The notes under the pieces: generated by a model
The model's database searches: none
What the model saw: the letters and a program-made list of their open reading frames with translations, nothing else
Told to the model about the DNA's origin: nothing
Shown here: positions 1 through 9,979 of the stretch, one piece after another
Layout of the letters: every line of letters starts with the position of its first letter
How positions within the stretch are numbered: the stretch's first letter is position 1
Made by a program: the position numbers and the translations under genes
IMG/VR virus record: IMGVR_UViG_3300042294_003246
DNA from: a virus
Lineage: Duplodnaviria; Caudoviricetes
DNA length: 64,000 nt
Reading direction: 5' to 3' (one strand)

Positions 1-207
1 AATGGAAGCACAGTATATACAATTGGAACTGAAAAATACTATAACAATGGAAGAATGAAAAAAAGTGATGGAACAATGGTGAATTATTATTGTGATACAA
101 ATAATAAAATTGTTGTGGGTAATAAACCAACCGGAGGTAAATCAACATCACAAAAAACATATAGTAAACCTAAAACAACATCTAAAGCCTCAGATTATTT
201 AGACTAA
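1..207 (+). CDS. 3' end of hypothetical protein (partial)
   Basis: Open frame 1 from window start to TAA at 205-207. Confidence 0.5.
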   Translation, partial: NGSTVYTIGTEKYYNNGRMKKSDGTMVNYYCDTNNKIVVGNKPTGGKSTSQKTYSKPKTTSKASDYLD

Positions 208-211
208 TATT

Positions 212-1459
212 TTGAAAATAATTTTAACAGAACAACAATTACAAATTTTAACCGAAGCGTTAGGAGTTCCTGATGAAATCTTGGATGCCTCAGAAAAACT
301 TTATCAGGTAATTTTAGAAAATTTGAAAACAATACAAGATAAAGAAGACGAGTATAATTTTTCTGGCTCTTTAAATGTTGAAATTGGGAAAAAAAAGAAA
401 ATCAAAATTAAACACTATAATTTAACAATTACAGTTGAAGAGATAGACGATTATAAAGAAAAACCTGACATTTCTTCTATGGGAGTCCAATCAGGGTTTA
501 TGTTTGATAGAAATGTTTTACTTCAAAGAAATCAAATAAAAGAAGATTTAGATCTTTTCATAACCTTTGTTGTAAATCCAAATTGGGAACCACATGAGTT
601 GGTTGAAAAGATGGTTGAAGATCAAAATTACCAAACAGCATCTTTAGCTCACGAATTAAAACATCAATATGATAAACAAGCAAAAGAATTATCATTAGTT
701 GGAAAAAGTGCAGACTATCAAGCAATCCAACAAACAAGCACATTTGGTATTCCAGCAATCGACCGTAAATTTTTTAGATATGCTTATTTCATTTCAATGT
801 CCGAAAACTTAGTTAGACCAGTTGAAGTTGCATCACAAATGAGATCGGCAAACGTATCAAAATCAAAATTTAGAGATTTTATTGAAAATGAAAGAGTTTA
901 TAAAGAATTACTCGAAATAAAAAACTATACTTTTGATAAATTCATCGAAGAGTTGCACGAACAAATGTTCAGAGTAGATGCATTACTTGATCATATTGGT
1001 ACAGATTATTCAAATATGACTGATGATGAAAAAATTAAAGAAGCATTAGAGTTAGTGTATATGGATAGTGTAAATAAAAGAATGGATATTTTCGTAAATA
1101 TGACAAGTGAAAGTTTTGATGAATTAATTGAGATGTCAAAATTATTTGGAAATGTTCCTTCAATGTTGCAATCAAAGGTTAAGGGACTCGAAGAAACAAA
1201 TAAGGTTAGACAAAAATTTTTGAATCAAGCAGTAAAATATCAAAAAAATCCTATAAAATTTTTTGAAGATGAGATAGAAAACTTCAACTTTGTTGCAACA
1301 AAATACTTAAAAAAAATTGGAAAACTTTATGCGATGGCCAAGGATGACGAAAATATGAATGAATCTATACAAAATTGGGACTTACATCAAAAATTAATGG
1401 AAAAAAAATATGGTAAAAGAAAAATTTCAACAACTTACAAATACAAAAATTTTAAATAA
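212..1459 (+). CDS. Hypothetical protein with MKIILTE leader and HExxH zinc-metallopeptidase-like motif
   Basis: 415-aa ORF, TTG start; SLAHELKHQY. Confidence 0.7.
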   Translation: MKIILTEQQLQILTEALGVPDEILDASEKLYQVILENLKTIQDKEDEYNFSGSLNVEIGKKKKIKIKHYNLTITVEEIDDYKEKPDISSMGVQSGFMFDRNVLLQRNQIKEDLDLFITFVVNPNWEPHELVEKMVEDQNYQTASLAHELKHQYDKQAKELSLVGKSADYQAIQQTSTFGIPAIDRKFFRYAYFISMSENLVRPVEVASQMRSANVSKSKFRDFIENERVYKELLEIKNYTFDKFIEELHEQMFRVDALLDHIGTDYSNMTDDEKIKEALELVYMDSVNKRMDIFVNMTSESFDELIEMSKLFGNVPSMLQSKVKGLEETNKVRQKFLNQAVKYQKNPIKFFEDEIENFNFVATKYLKKIGKLYAMAKDDENMNESIQNWDLHQKLMEKKYGKRKISTTYKYKNFK

Positions 1460-1832
1460 ATTAATAATCTTTTTTATATCGGGTATTTTATTATCATTTA
1501 CACCTTCAGATCCAACCAAATACAAAGGAAAAGCAACATACTACGGACAACATTGGACAGGAAGACTTACAGCGTCAGGTGAAAGATTTTACGCCGATAG
1601 TTTAACCGCAGCACACAAATACTTTAAGTTTGGAACAATACTAAAAGTGACTAATTTGAATAATGACTCTGTGTGTTATGTTAAGGTTAATGATAGACTT
1701 CCAAAATCATCATCATTTCTTATTGATCTTAGTTATGGAACCGCAAAACAACTTAATTTTTTAAAAATAGGTGTTATTTACGTAACACTGGAACCCGTTG
1801 ACACGGTTTTAATCGTTAAAGTGAAAAAATAA
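1410..1832 (+). CDS. rlpA: Septal ring lytic transglycosylase RlpA family (DPBB) protein
   Basis: GKATYYG...TASGERF...LTAAH..FKFGT.LKVTN...VKVNDR...IDLS; hydrophobic N-terminus; start uncertain. Confidence 0.85.
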   Translation: MVKEKFQQLTNTKILNKLIIFFISGILLSFTPSDPTKYKGKATYYGQHWTGRLTASGERFYADSLTAAHKYFKFGTILKVTNLNNDSVCYVKVNDRLPKSSSFLIDLSYGTAKQLNFLKIGVIYVTLEPVDTVLIVKVKK

Positions 1833-1992
1833 TAAGTCAAAAGTTGGTTTTGCTCAATAGAGTTAAAGTAATATATTCTTATTACGTATTTCTTCGTATT
1901 TATTAGTAGTCTCGACCGGCCCATGGTAGATGGGGGTTTCCAATAGGATTCTTCAAGTGAGCGTTAAATTTACTTAAACAAGTTTGTACGCA

Positions 1993-4900
1993 ATGAAGAA
2001 TTTATTATTATCGATTTTTGTTTTTATTACAAGTTTTGTTTTTTCACAATCTTGCACACATACGATCAGACTGACTGATACATTTGGTGATGGTTGGAAT
2101 GGAGGTGCGGTTTCTGTATCGGTAAACGGAGTGACTGTATTGAGTAATATAACATTTACTTCAGGATTTGGCCCTGTCAATTTCAATTTTACGGCAGCAA
2201 CTGGTGCTACAATTAGAGTTTGGAGAACTTTAGCGGGAAGTTGGCCAAGTGAAATGAGGGTTCAAATAGTAAACAACACAGGAACAATTCTTTTAAATAC
2301 CATACAACCTGTTACGGGAACAGCAACGACGGGTGGTTATACATGTAATGCTATTTGTTTTATTGTAACTCCAGGTTGCACTAACGTTTCTTCATATGGG
2401 TCTGCAGTTGCTCCATCTACACCAACTACTGTTACAATTAGCTCTTGTAATTTTCAAAGTGAATACAGCACGGTTTCAGGTATTGTTGCTGGTCAAACAT
2501 ATCAATTTGGTTATAGTCTTGGAGGTTATATTACGGTTCATACAGGAACATATAACGGACCTATCGTTGCTTATGGAAATGCACCATTAAATTGGGCATC
2601 AAGTTATACTGGAACCGTTTATGTCCACTACAATACAAATTCAAGTTGTGGAACGACATCTTCATGTGGAACATCTACTGTGACTTGTGTTACTTGTTCC
2701 GCTCCAGCGGCCCCTGCAAATGATTTAGTTTGTAACGCAACACCAATTGTCTGTGGTCAGATGATATCAGGAACAACAGTAAATGCAACTAACAGTGGAA
2801 CGGGAGAAAATGGTATTTGTGGTATTTCACAAACAATGCCAGGTGTTTGGTATAGAGTTACAGGTAATGGTCAAATAATGACCGCTCATTTATGTAATAC
2901 TGCTTGGGATAGTAAAATATCTGTTTTTAGTGGAACTAGTTGTTCCGCATTAACTTGTGTAGGTGGGAATGATGATAACGGACCATTATGTGTTGGAACT
3001 TCAGCATCATATCAATGGACATCAGTTGTTGGACTTAACTATTATATTCTTGTTCATGGATATAGTTCATCAAGTGCATTTCAATTAGGATTAACATGTT
3101 CAACTCCACCACCACCAAACCCAACCTCAATTACAGCAACTTCAAATACAATATGTGTTGGTCAATCAACTACATTAACGGCAAACGGGGCAAGTGGAAC
3201 TGTATATTGGTTTACAGGAGGATGTGGTGTAGGTCAGATTGCAACAGGGAACTCAATAAGTGTAACCCCATCGACAACCACAACATATTACGCAAGAAAC
3301 TACAATGGAGTTCAGTTTAGTAACAATTGTGTGTCTACAACAGTAACGGTAAATAACAATCCGGTCGTATCAACTTCTGCAAGTTTAAGCACAATTTGTC
3401 AGGGTTCATCAACACAACTAAATTCATCTGTTACGGGAGTGTCATCTCCAGGTTCTCTTGCAGTTACAATAACAGGGGGATTATTAGATGAAACAAGTTG
3501 GACTCTAACAAATAATCTTGGAGTTATAATTGGTTCAGGAGGTCCTTATTTCACATCACCTAACGTCACAAATATTGCTTCTTCTGCTAATGGTCCTTAT
3601 GTTTTTTATATTGAAACTATGGGAAGCTGGAATGATAATGTCCCAACCTTTACTATAACTTGTAATGGGTCTACAATACTTTCAGGCTCAATTGGAGGGG
3701 GTTCACAAAATAACTATTGGGTATCAAGTTGCACAACAGCTCCGGTTGTAAATTATATTTGGTCACCATCAACAGGGTTGTCAAACCCAAATATACAAAA
3801 TCCGATAGCAAACCCATCAACTACAACAACCTATACTGTTACTGCAACTTCTAATGGTTGTAGTGGAACTTCAAGTAGAACAATAACCGTAAATCCATTA
3901 CCGAATGTAAGTGCAGGGTCTAATCAAACTGTTTGTTCAGGAACTCAAGTAACACTTAATGGTTCTGGAGCATCAACATACTCTTGGAATAACAGTGTGA
4001 CTAATGGAGTGGCTTTTACACCAACATCAACGCAAACTTATACGGTTACAGGCACAAACGCAAATGGATGTTCTAATACCTCAAGCACTACCGTCACTGT
4101 TCTATCCAATCCTTTGGCAAGCGCAGGAGGGTCTAATAATGGAACATCAACTTGTGGTATAAATCAAGTAACTTTGGGGGCTAACACACCACAAGCGGGT
4201 GAAACAGGAACATGGTCAGTTGTAAGTGGTGTTGGAGGAAGTTTTTCAAATATAAATTCACCCACATCTACGTTTATTGGAAACTATGGCTCAACATATA
4301 CTCTTCAATGGACTGTCTCAAACGGAAATTGTTCTACACCCAATAATATGTTAGTTACATTCAATCAACCAAATGCTTCGTCTTTAGGAGGTGCAATTGG
4401 AACAAACGACTTTTTATGGGGAGGGCTCACTTCTGTTGATTGGTCAACTTCAACAAACTGGTATCAAAAACAAGCTGCAGGACATTTCATTAGAATGTCA
4501 GGAGTTTCACTTCCAACAATAGCAAGTCAGGTTTTTACTTTGGACCAAGTAAATGGCGGAATTTGTATTGGAAACACAACACCAACTTTAAGTGTGAATG
4601 GAGATGCTTATGACGTTTTTATAAATTCAGGAATTACTCTTAATTTAACAAACGACAGTTTGAAAATATCACATGATATCGTAAATAATGGGACATTGAT
4701 CGCAAATACTGGAACTATAAATTTTGTTGGAAATCAAAACTCATCTTTCAATGGAAACGGAACATCACAATTATTTAACATGAAAGTTAATAAATCACAA
4801 GGGGCAACACTAACACTTGGTAACCATGTGAATGTTACTGGTAACTTAAATATGATTCAAGGAAATATTTTTACCTCAAACAACTCCTTATTAACACTAG

Positions 4901-6024
4901 GTTCAAGTAGTTCAAATATAGGTTCATTAACATATAATACAGGAACAATCGTTGGACCGTTCAAAAGATTTTTTAATAATTTATCAACAAACGGTAACGA
5001 GGGACTATTTCCCGTTGGAACTTCAAACTACAACAGATATGCAAGTTTTCAGTTCACAACTTCTCCTGGGGTGAATCAGTCTTTAACTGTTCAATATAAG
5101 AATGGAGCTCCAATTGTTAATGGCACACCTTTATATAATGGACTTCCATTTATGGCCTCAAACGCACTTATTCAAAATTATTCAATTGACGGATATTGGG
5201 AAGTTATACCGACATCAAATAACTATTCGTCTTCAATTTGTCAAACACCGTATAATCTAACTTTATTTGCAAATAACCTTAACGGAATGACAACTCCACA
5301 AATATGCAGAATTATTAAATCTCCTGGTTCAGTTCATACAAGTTGGCAACCATGCGGAAGTCATGTTGCAATACCTGCAAATGCTAATCCAATGGCATTT
5401 TTAATTACAAGCAATAATACACAAGGGTTTAGTTGGTTTAATATTGGGTCGTCTAATTCACAAATTCTTCCTGTTGAGTTATTATCATTTGATGGATCTT
5501 GTAATGATAATGTCATCACATTGGACTGGAAAACAGCAACTGAACATAATTCACATTATTTCGAAATACAAAAATCAAGGGATGGTGAAAATTGGTCTTC
5601 ACTAACAACTTTGGGATCTGCCGGTAACTCAACTCAAGAATTGTCATATACCACAAAAGATGAAAATGCAATCGACGGAAACAATTATTACAAATTAATT
5701 CAATATGATATTGACGGACAATTCAAAGAATATGGACCAATCAATGTGATTTGTAATGGAAACACAAAAGGATATTTTTCAATATTTCCAAATCCAAGTT
5801 CAGGAGATTTTCAAGTTATATTAAATAATAAAAAAATGATTGGTGAAGGACTATTTATAGTTAAGGATACTAAAGGGTCTGAAGTTTATAACCAAGACAT
5901 AAAAGTTTCAACCGGAATAAATTTGTATAATATTTCTGGTTTAAATTTAAGTCCGGGGGTTTATTATGTTAGCATAACTTCTAATGGAATAACTTCTGAA
6001 ACTATAAAACAAATAATAAAATGA
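1993..6024 (+). CDS. Large secreted Ig/PKD-repeat protein with T9SS type A C-terminal sorting domain
   Basis: Signal peptide MKNLLLSIFVFITSFVFSQ; Thr/Ser/Gly/Cys-rich Ig-like repeats; LPVELLSF Ig domain; C-terminal IFPNPSSG...GVYYV motif. ATG at 1993 preferred to TTG at 1984. Confidence 0.9.
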   Translation: MKNLLLSIFVFITSFVFSQSCTHTIRLTDTFGDGWNGGAVSVSVNGVTVLSNITFTSGFGPVNFNFTAATGATIRVWRTLAGSWPSEMRVQIVNNTGTILLNTIQPVTGTATTGGYTCNAICFIVTPGCTNVSSYGSAVAPSTPTTVTISSCNFQSEYSTVSGIVAGQTYQFGYSLGGYITVHTGTYNGPIVAYGNAPLNWASSYTGTVYVHYNTNSSCGTTSSCGTSTVTCVTCSAPAAPANDLVCNATPIVCGQMISGTTVNATNSGTGENGICGISQTMPGVWYRVTGNGQIMTAHLCNTAWDSKISVFSGTSCSALTCVGGNDDNGPLCVGTSASYQWTSVVGLNYYILVHGYSSSSAFQLGLTCSTPPPPNPTSITATSNTICVGQSTTLTANGASGTVYWFTGGCGVGQIATGNSISVTPSTTTTYYARNYNGVQFSNNCVSTTVTVNNNPVVSTSASLSTICQGSSTQLNSSVTGVSSPGSLAVTITGGLLDETSWTLTNNLGVIIGSGGPYFTSPNVTNIASSANGPYVFYIETMGSWNDNVPTFTITCNGSTILSGSIGGGSQNNYWVSSCTTAPVVNYIWSPSTGLSNPNIQNPIANPSTTTTYTVTATSNGCSGTSSRTITVNPLPNVSAGSNQTVCSGTQVTLNGSGASTYSWNNSVTNGVAFTPTSTQTYTVTGTNANGCSNTSSTTVTVLSNPLASAGGSNNGTSTCGINQVTLGANTPQAGETGTWSVVSGVGGSFSNINSPTSTFIGNYGSTYTLQWTVSNGNCSTPNNMLVTFNQPNASSLGGAIGTNDFLWGGLTSVDWSTSTNWYQKQAAGHFIRMSGVSLPTIASQVFTLDQVNGGICIGNTTPTLSVNGDAYDVFINSGITLNLTNDSLKISHDIVNNGTLIANTGTINFVGNQNSSFNGNGTSQLFNMKVNKSQGATLTLGNHVNVTGNLNMIQGNIFTSNNSLLTLGSSSSNIGSLTYNTGTIVGPFKRFFNNLSTNGNEGLFPVGTSNYNRYASFQFTTSPGVNQSLTVQYKNGAPIVNGTPLYNGLPFMASNALIQNYSIDGYWEVIPTSNNYSSSICQTPYNLTLFANNLNGMTTPQICRIIKSPGSVHTSWQPCGSHVAIPANANPMAFLITSNNTQGFSWFNIGSSNSQILPVELLSFDGSCNDNVITLDWKTATEHNSHYFEIQKSRDGENWSSLTTLGSAGNSTQELSYTTKDENAIDGNNYYKLIQYDIDGQFKEYGPINVICNGNTKGYFSIFPNPSSGDFQVILNNKKMIGEGLFIVKDTKGSEVYNQDIKVSTGINLYNISGLNLSPGVYYVSITSNGITSETIKQIIK

Positions 6025-6224
6025 TTTTAACTTTTATTTTTTTAACAATCATAATTTTATTATTTATGATATCAGACATTATAGATTTTGTAAAATATTC
6101 TATAAAAAATTTTCCTTTAACATCGACCGCAATTATTTGGTTTATTTTATTTCTTCTAACTTGTTTTTTGTTTGATCACATTATACAAATCAAGAATTTT
6201 ATTTCAACATACTTTCCGGGGTAA
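6021..6224 (+). CDS. Small membrane protein
   Basis: Two hydrophobic stretches; ATGA overlap with upstream gene. Confidence 0.5.
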   Translation: MILTFIFLTIIILLFMISDIIDFVKYSIKNFPLTSTAIIWFILFLLTCFLFDHIIQIKNFISTYFPG

Positions 6225-6248
6225 TATTTTTTTCATATATTTACCACT

Positions 6249-6851
6249 ATGAAAGCGATATTCTTGGATCATGATGGTGTAATTTGTCTCTCTAATAACT
6301 GGGCTGGACGATCAAAGAAATGGGCAAAATACCGTTCAGCAAATCCTGACAGTAGTAGGGAAAAGAAAGACGCCCCTGTATTTGTTCGATTTGACGACTT
6401 TGATAAAAAGGCAATTAAAATCCTTAATGAGATTATTGAAGAGACAGGATGTGAGATTGTTGTGAGTTCTGATTGGAGACTTCATGCAAATTTAGAAGAA
6501 CTTGGAGATTACTACATCAGTCAAGGTATTATTAAACGACCAATTGCCTTTACTGATATATTCAAAGACATCTTTCCTAAAGAATGGAACGCTTTTAGAT
6601 TTCGTGCTGATCTAGAACTAGAAAGAAGTATGGAAATTAATCATTGGTTAGATAACCACCCTGAAATAACTCATTGGGTTGCTGTTGATGATTTAAACAT
6701 GAGTTTAGAGTTTTTATCAAAATACTTTTCAGATGGCGAATCTGATAAAAATCCTGGGTTATCTAATTTTGTGTTAACACCAAGATCAAGTGAAGGTATT
6801 AAACAATCTGGAATTAAAGAAAAAATAATTAAATATTTGAAAGATGAGTGA
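6249..6851 (+). CDS. HAD-superfamily phosphatase (Swiss Army Knife RNA-repair-like HAD)
   Basis: IFLDHDGV, IVVSSDWR, WVAVDD motifs; paralogue of 18645. Confidence 0.8.
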   Translation: MKAIFLDHDGVICLSNNWAGRSKKWAKYRSANPDSSREKKDAPVFVRFDDFDKKAIKILNEIIEETGCEIVVSSDWRLHANLEELGDYYISQGIIKRPIAFTDIFKDIFPKEWNAFRFRADLELERSMEINHWLDNHPEITHWVAVDDLNMSLEFLSKYFSDGESDKNPGLSNFVLTPRSSEGIKQSGIKEKIIKYLKDE

Positions 6852-7017
6852 CAAGTTTAAAAATCTTAAAGTAGGAGATAGAATAAAAACTAAATTATCA
6901 GGAATGGCAACCGTAATTGAAGTTGGTTGTTATAACGGGACTATGGTTAAATTAAAATGTGATGATCTAAAGTGGTATTGCCCTTATTTTTATGAAACTG
7001 AATTAGAATTGATATGA
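6844..7017 (+). CDS. Small hypothetical protein (57 aa, MSDKFKNLKVGDRIK...)
   Basis: Read manually; fills gap with start/stop overlaps on both sides. Confidence 0.6.
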   Translation: MSDKFKNLKVGDRIKTKLSGMATVIEVGCYNGTMVKLKCDDLKWYCPYFYETELELI

Positions 7018-7397
7018 CTATAGAAGAAATGAATGATTACCTTGAGTCAATTGGAGGACTTGAGAATGGTATGTATTCGAACAAACCAAAAATAACCAGT
7101 TGTGATTTTTTTGATGTTCAGGTTGGTTGGTATCCATTAATTAAAAATTTGATTGATGAACTCATAACATTGGGTTGGGATAAACAAGTGATACAAGTAA
7201 AAGAAAAATTTGGAGGATTGAGATTCTACATTAATGGTGGGTCCGATGAAATATATAACAAAATTACCGAAGCGGAAAAGTTAAGTTATGAAATATGTGA
7301 ACTTTGCGGTAAAAAAGGAGAATTAAGGACAAAAATACGTTGGTTTACAACTTTATGTGATGAACATTATGAAAAAAAACATACACCACTTATTTAA
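7014..7397 (+). CDS. Conserved phage hypothetical (QVKEKFGGLRFY, CxxC)
   Basis: ORF; paralogue of 19323. Confidence 0.75.
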   Translation: MTIEEMNDYLESIGGLENGMYSNKPKITSCDFFDVQVGWYPLIKNLIDELITLGWDKQVIQVKEKFGGLRFYINGGSDEIYNKITEAEKLSYEICELCGKKGELRTKIRWFTTLCDEHYEKKHTPLI

Positions 7398-7683
7398 AAC
7401 AAATCCATCACTTTTAGATAATGTTGAAGTTCAAGAACTAATTGAATATTGTCGGGAACTTGAAGGTGTAATACTTGAAAGAAAAATTGAAGACGAATAC
7501 AACAAAGAACAACACTATAAACAAGTCTTCAAAGAAATATACCAAAGTTGTTGTGAAACTCTAAAAGATGATGAGTTGTCAGAAAGATTTAAGGAAACAC
7601 CAAAAGTTGATTTCAAAGAAACAATATTCAATTTGAAAAATTATATGCTCGAAATGTGTAGATTATATAAATTAGATTTGTAA
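7357..7683 (+). CDS. Hypothetical protein
   Basis: ORF; paralogue of 19645; likely start 7369. Confidence 0.7.
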   Translation: MMNIMKKNIHHLFKTNPSLLDNVEVQELIEYCRELEGVILERKIEDEYNKEQHYKQVFKEIYQSCCETLKDDELSERFKETPKVDFKETIFNLKNYMLEMCRLYKLDL

Positions 7684-7711
7684 AGTAAAAAAACTTTATT
7701 ATCTTTGTTTT

Positions 7712-7894
7712 ATGAAAAAACCCTGTAAAGAATGTCCTCATTTTATTCGTAATCGTCATAATGATATGATTGTGGAGTTTGGTAAAAGAACCGGGAAAAG
7801 TCACAATTGTCATATGACTGAAGGTGTGAAGGATTTATGGAATGTTAAAAATAAAAAATTAGAATGTTATGGCTCAAGAAAAGATAGAAACTAA
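7712..7894 (+). CDS. Small Cys/His-rich protein
   Basis: KPCKECPH...HNCHM; TATCTTTG promoter at 7700-7707. Confidence 0.65.
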   Translation: MKKPCKECPHFIRNRHNDMIVEFGKRTGKSHNCHMTEGVKDLWNVKNKKLECYGSRKDRN

Positions 7895-8204
7895 ATTTGG
7901 AACTTATTATGTGGAAACTGAAACAAACACAAAGAAAACTAGCGACAAGATTAAGGTATTCGTAGAGAGATTAAAAAAGATTGGCATTGAAGTTAAACTT
8001 GTGGGTAACTACCCTTGGGTTTATATTGACGAAATTTGTGGTGTTAAGGTAAAAGAAAAGTTTGAAGGAAATTGGGGATTTACTCTAATATTCTTACCGG
8101 CAAGAACCGACTCACCACCTTCAGAATTCACAGACATCACAAAGATATTCAAGTTAATTAGAAAATATAAAAATGAAAAAGTTCAGATTACCAAGGAAGA
8201 CTAA
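7869..8204 (+). CDS. Hypothetical protein
   Basis: ORF in overlapping operon. Confidence 0.65.
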   Translation: MAQEKIETKFGTYYVETETNTKKTSDKIKVFVERLKKIGIEVKLVGNYPWVYIDEICGVKVKEKFEGNWGFTLIFLPARTDSPPSEFTDITKIFKLIRKYKNEKVQITKED

Positions 8205-8394
8205 AAAGAGATTAAAAAAAGATTTCTACACTTATCCAAAAAGTGAAAGAGATACTTATTTGGTTGCTTGGCCATCAAAATACGAGGAAGATTATATTGC
8301 ATATAAAAAAGGATTGTTAATAGGTTTAAAAGAAGAATCAAAAAAAAGATTAAAAGATGAAAGAAAGAGAGATAATTTACGGAGTGTGCGATAA
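8173..8394 (+). CDS. Hypothetical basic protein
   Basis: ORF in overlapping operon. Confidence 0.6.
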   Translation: MKKFRLPRKTKKRLKKDFYTYPKSERDTYLVAWPSKYEEDYIAYKKGLLIGLKEESKKRLKDERKRDNLRSVR

Positions 8395-8578
8395 GACAGG
8401 ATCTTGTGATTCTTACTTTGGTTTTTTTAAGACCAAGGAGGATGCTGAACACGAAGTTGAGATACAAGCAAAACAACTCAAAGAAGATTTGGGTATGATG
8501 GATATTGAAATCAAATCAGACCGAGCTTTGGTTGAAGGTAAGTTAGTAATAGTTATTCACCAGTATATGTTGAGGTGA
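8357..8578 (+). CDS. Hypothetical protein
   Basis: ORF in overlapping operon. Confidence 0.6.
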   Translation: MKEREIIYGVCDKTGSCDSYFGFFKTKEDAEHEVEIQAKQLKEDLGMMDIEIKSDRALVEGKLVIVIHQYMLR

Positions 8579-8710
8579 TGAGAGAATACATTTTTGTAAT
8601 TTTCATTTTTGAATCAAAAAATTGAAATTTTTTAAAATTATATGGTCTCGGATAATTGATTGATTCGGTGATTACTATTATATTTTTTGAAATATTAAAA
8701 AGATTTTAAG

Positions 8711-9958
8711 ATGCAAAAACTATCATTTTTAGGAAACAATATTGTAGGATCTGAGATTATAAAAATTTCACAACAGATCAAAGAAGTTTCCAAATCAAAA
8801 CCTGTTGAAAATTTTAGTATCGGGGATTTCAATCCTGTAGTAAATCCGATACCCAAAAAACTCAAAAATTATATAGTTGAATCATATGAAAATGATTTGA
8901 CTAATTATCCAATGTCTTCAGGTGAATTGGATCTTAGAACATCAATAAGTAATTACTTAAGAAAAAAAAGAAAAATATCTTATGGTGAAGATGAAATTCT
9001 TGTTGGTTGCGGTGTTAGACCTTTAATTTATACCATATTCAAAAGTATTGTCGATCCTGGAGATGTCGTTATGTATCCTGTTCCGTCTTGGAACAACAAC
9101 CATTATTCTTTTTTACATAACGCAATTAAAATCCCAATAGAATGTAAACCCGAGAATTCTTTCTTTCCAACTTTTGACGATGTTAAAGATAAGTTAGTAA
9201 ACACAAGATTACTTTGTTTATGTTCACCTCAAAATCCCACAGGACGAGTTATCGATAAGGATACACTTAAGCAAATATGTGATGAAATAGTTAAAATTAA
9301 CAAAGAAAAGAGTAAAAAAACTTTTTTGTTTTTTGATCAGATTTATTCTGATTTAGTTCCTGAAGGATTATTTACACATCCTTTGGATGTTTGTCCTGAA
9401 ATTAGAGAATATTTAATTTGTGTTGACGGAATCTCAAAATCCTTGTGTGCCACAGGAGTTAGGGTGGGTTGGACATTTGGTCCAAAAAGTGTAATATCAA
9501 AAATGACTGAAATTTTTTCTCACATCGGGGCTTGGGCACCAAAACCAGAACAGATTGCCGTTGGAAAATTTTTGAATGACTACCAAGAAATTAATGATTT
9601 TATTTCTTCAAAAATAAATCAATATTCTTTTATTTCCAATCAGATTTGTGAATCTTTGGATGATTTGAAAAAATCAAGATTTAATATTGATTATCAAAAA
9701 CCAGAAGGTGGGATATACATATCAATTTATTTTGAACACGTTTCATATTTCGGTAGTGTTGAAAATTTTGTCGAATTTTTAATCAAAAGTTGTGGCGTCG
9801 GAATGGTTCCGTTTGAATATTTTGGATCAAAAGAAAATGAAGGTTGGTTTAGAATGTCTATTGGGGGGATAGACCCAAATAATATTGATAACATAAAGTC
9901 AGTTTTTAAAAAAATATGTCTAAATTCAATATCAGAAATCAATTCATGGATAGTTTAG
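8711..9958 (+). CDS. PLP-dependent aminotransferase class I/II (aspartate aminotransferase-like)
   Basis: LCSPQNPTG, FFDQIY, DGISKS..TGVRVGW (PLP lysine), WFRMS. Confidence 0.9.
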   Translation: MQKLSFLGNNIVGSEIIKISQQIKEVSKSKPVENFSIGDFNPVVNPIPKKLKNYIVESYENDLTNYPMSSGELDLRTSISNYLRKKRKISYGEDEILVGCGVRPLIYTIFKSIVDPGDVVMYPVPSWNNNHYSFLHNAIKIPIECKPENSFFPTFDDVKDKLVNTRLLCLCSPQNPTGRVIDKDTLKQICDEIVKINKEKSKKTFLFFDQIYSDLVPEGLFTHPLDVCPEIREYLICVDGISKSLCATGVRVGWTFGPKSVISKMTEIFSHIGAWAPKPEQIAVGKFLNDYQEINDFISSKINQYSFISNQICESLDDLKKSRFNIDYQKPEGGIYISIYFEHVSYFGSVENFVEFLIKSCGVGMVPFEYFGSKENEGWFRMSIGGIDPNNIDNIKSVFKKICLNSISEINSWIV

Positions 9959-9979
9959 TTTCTGAAATGCTAAAATAAA

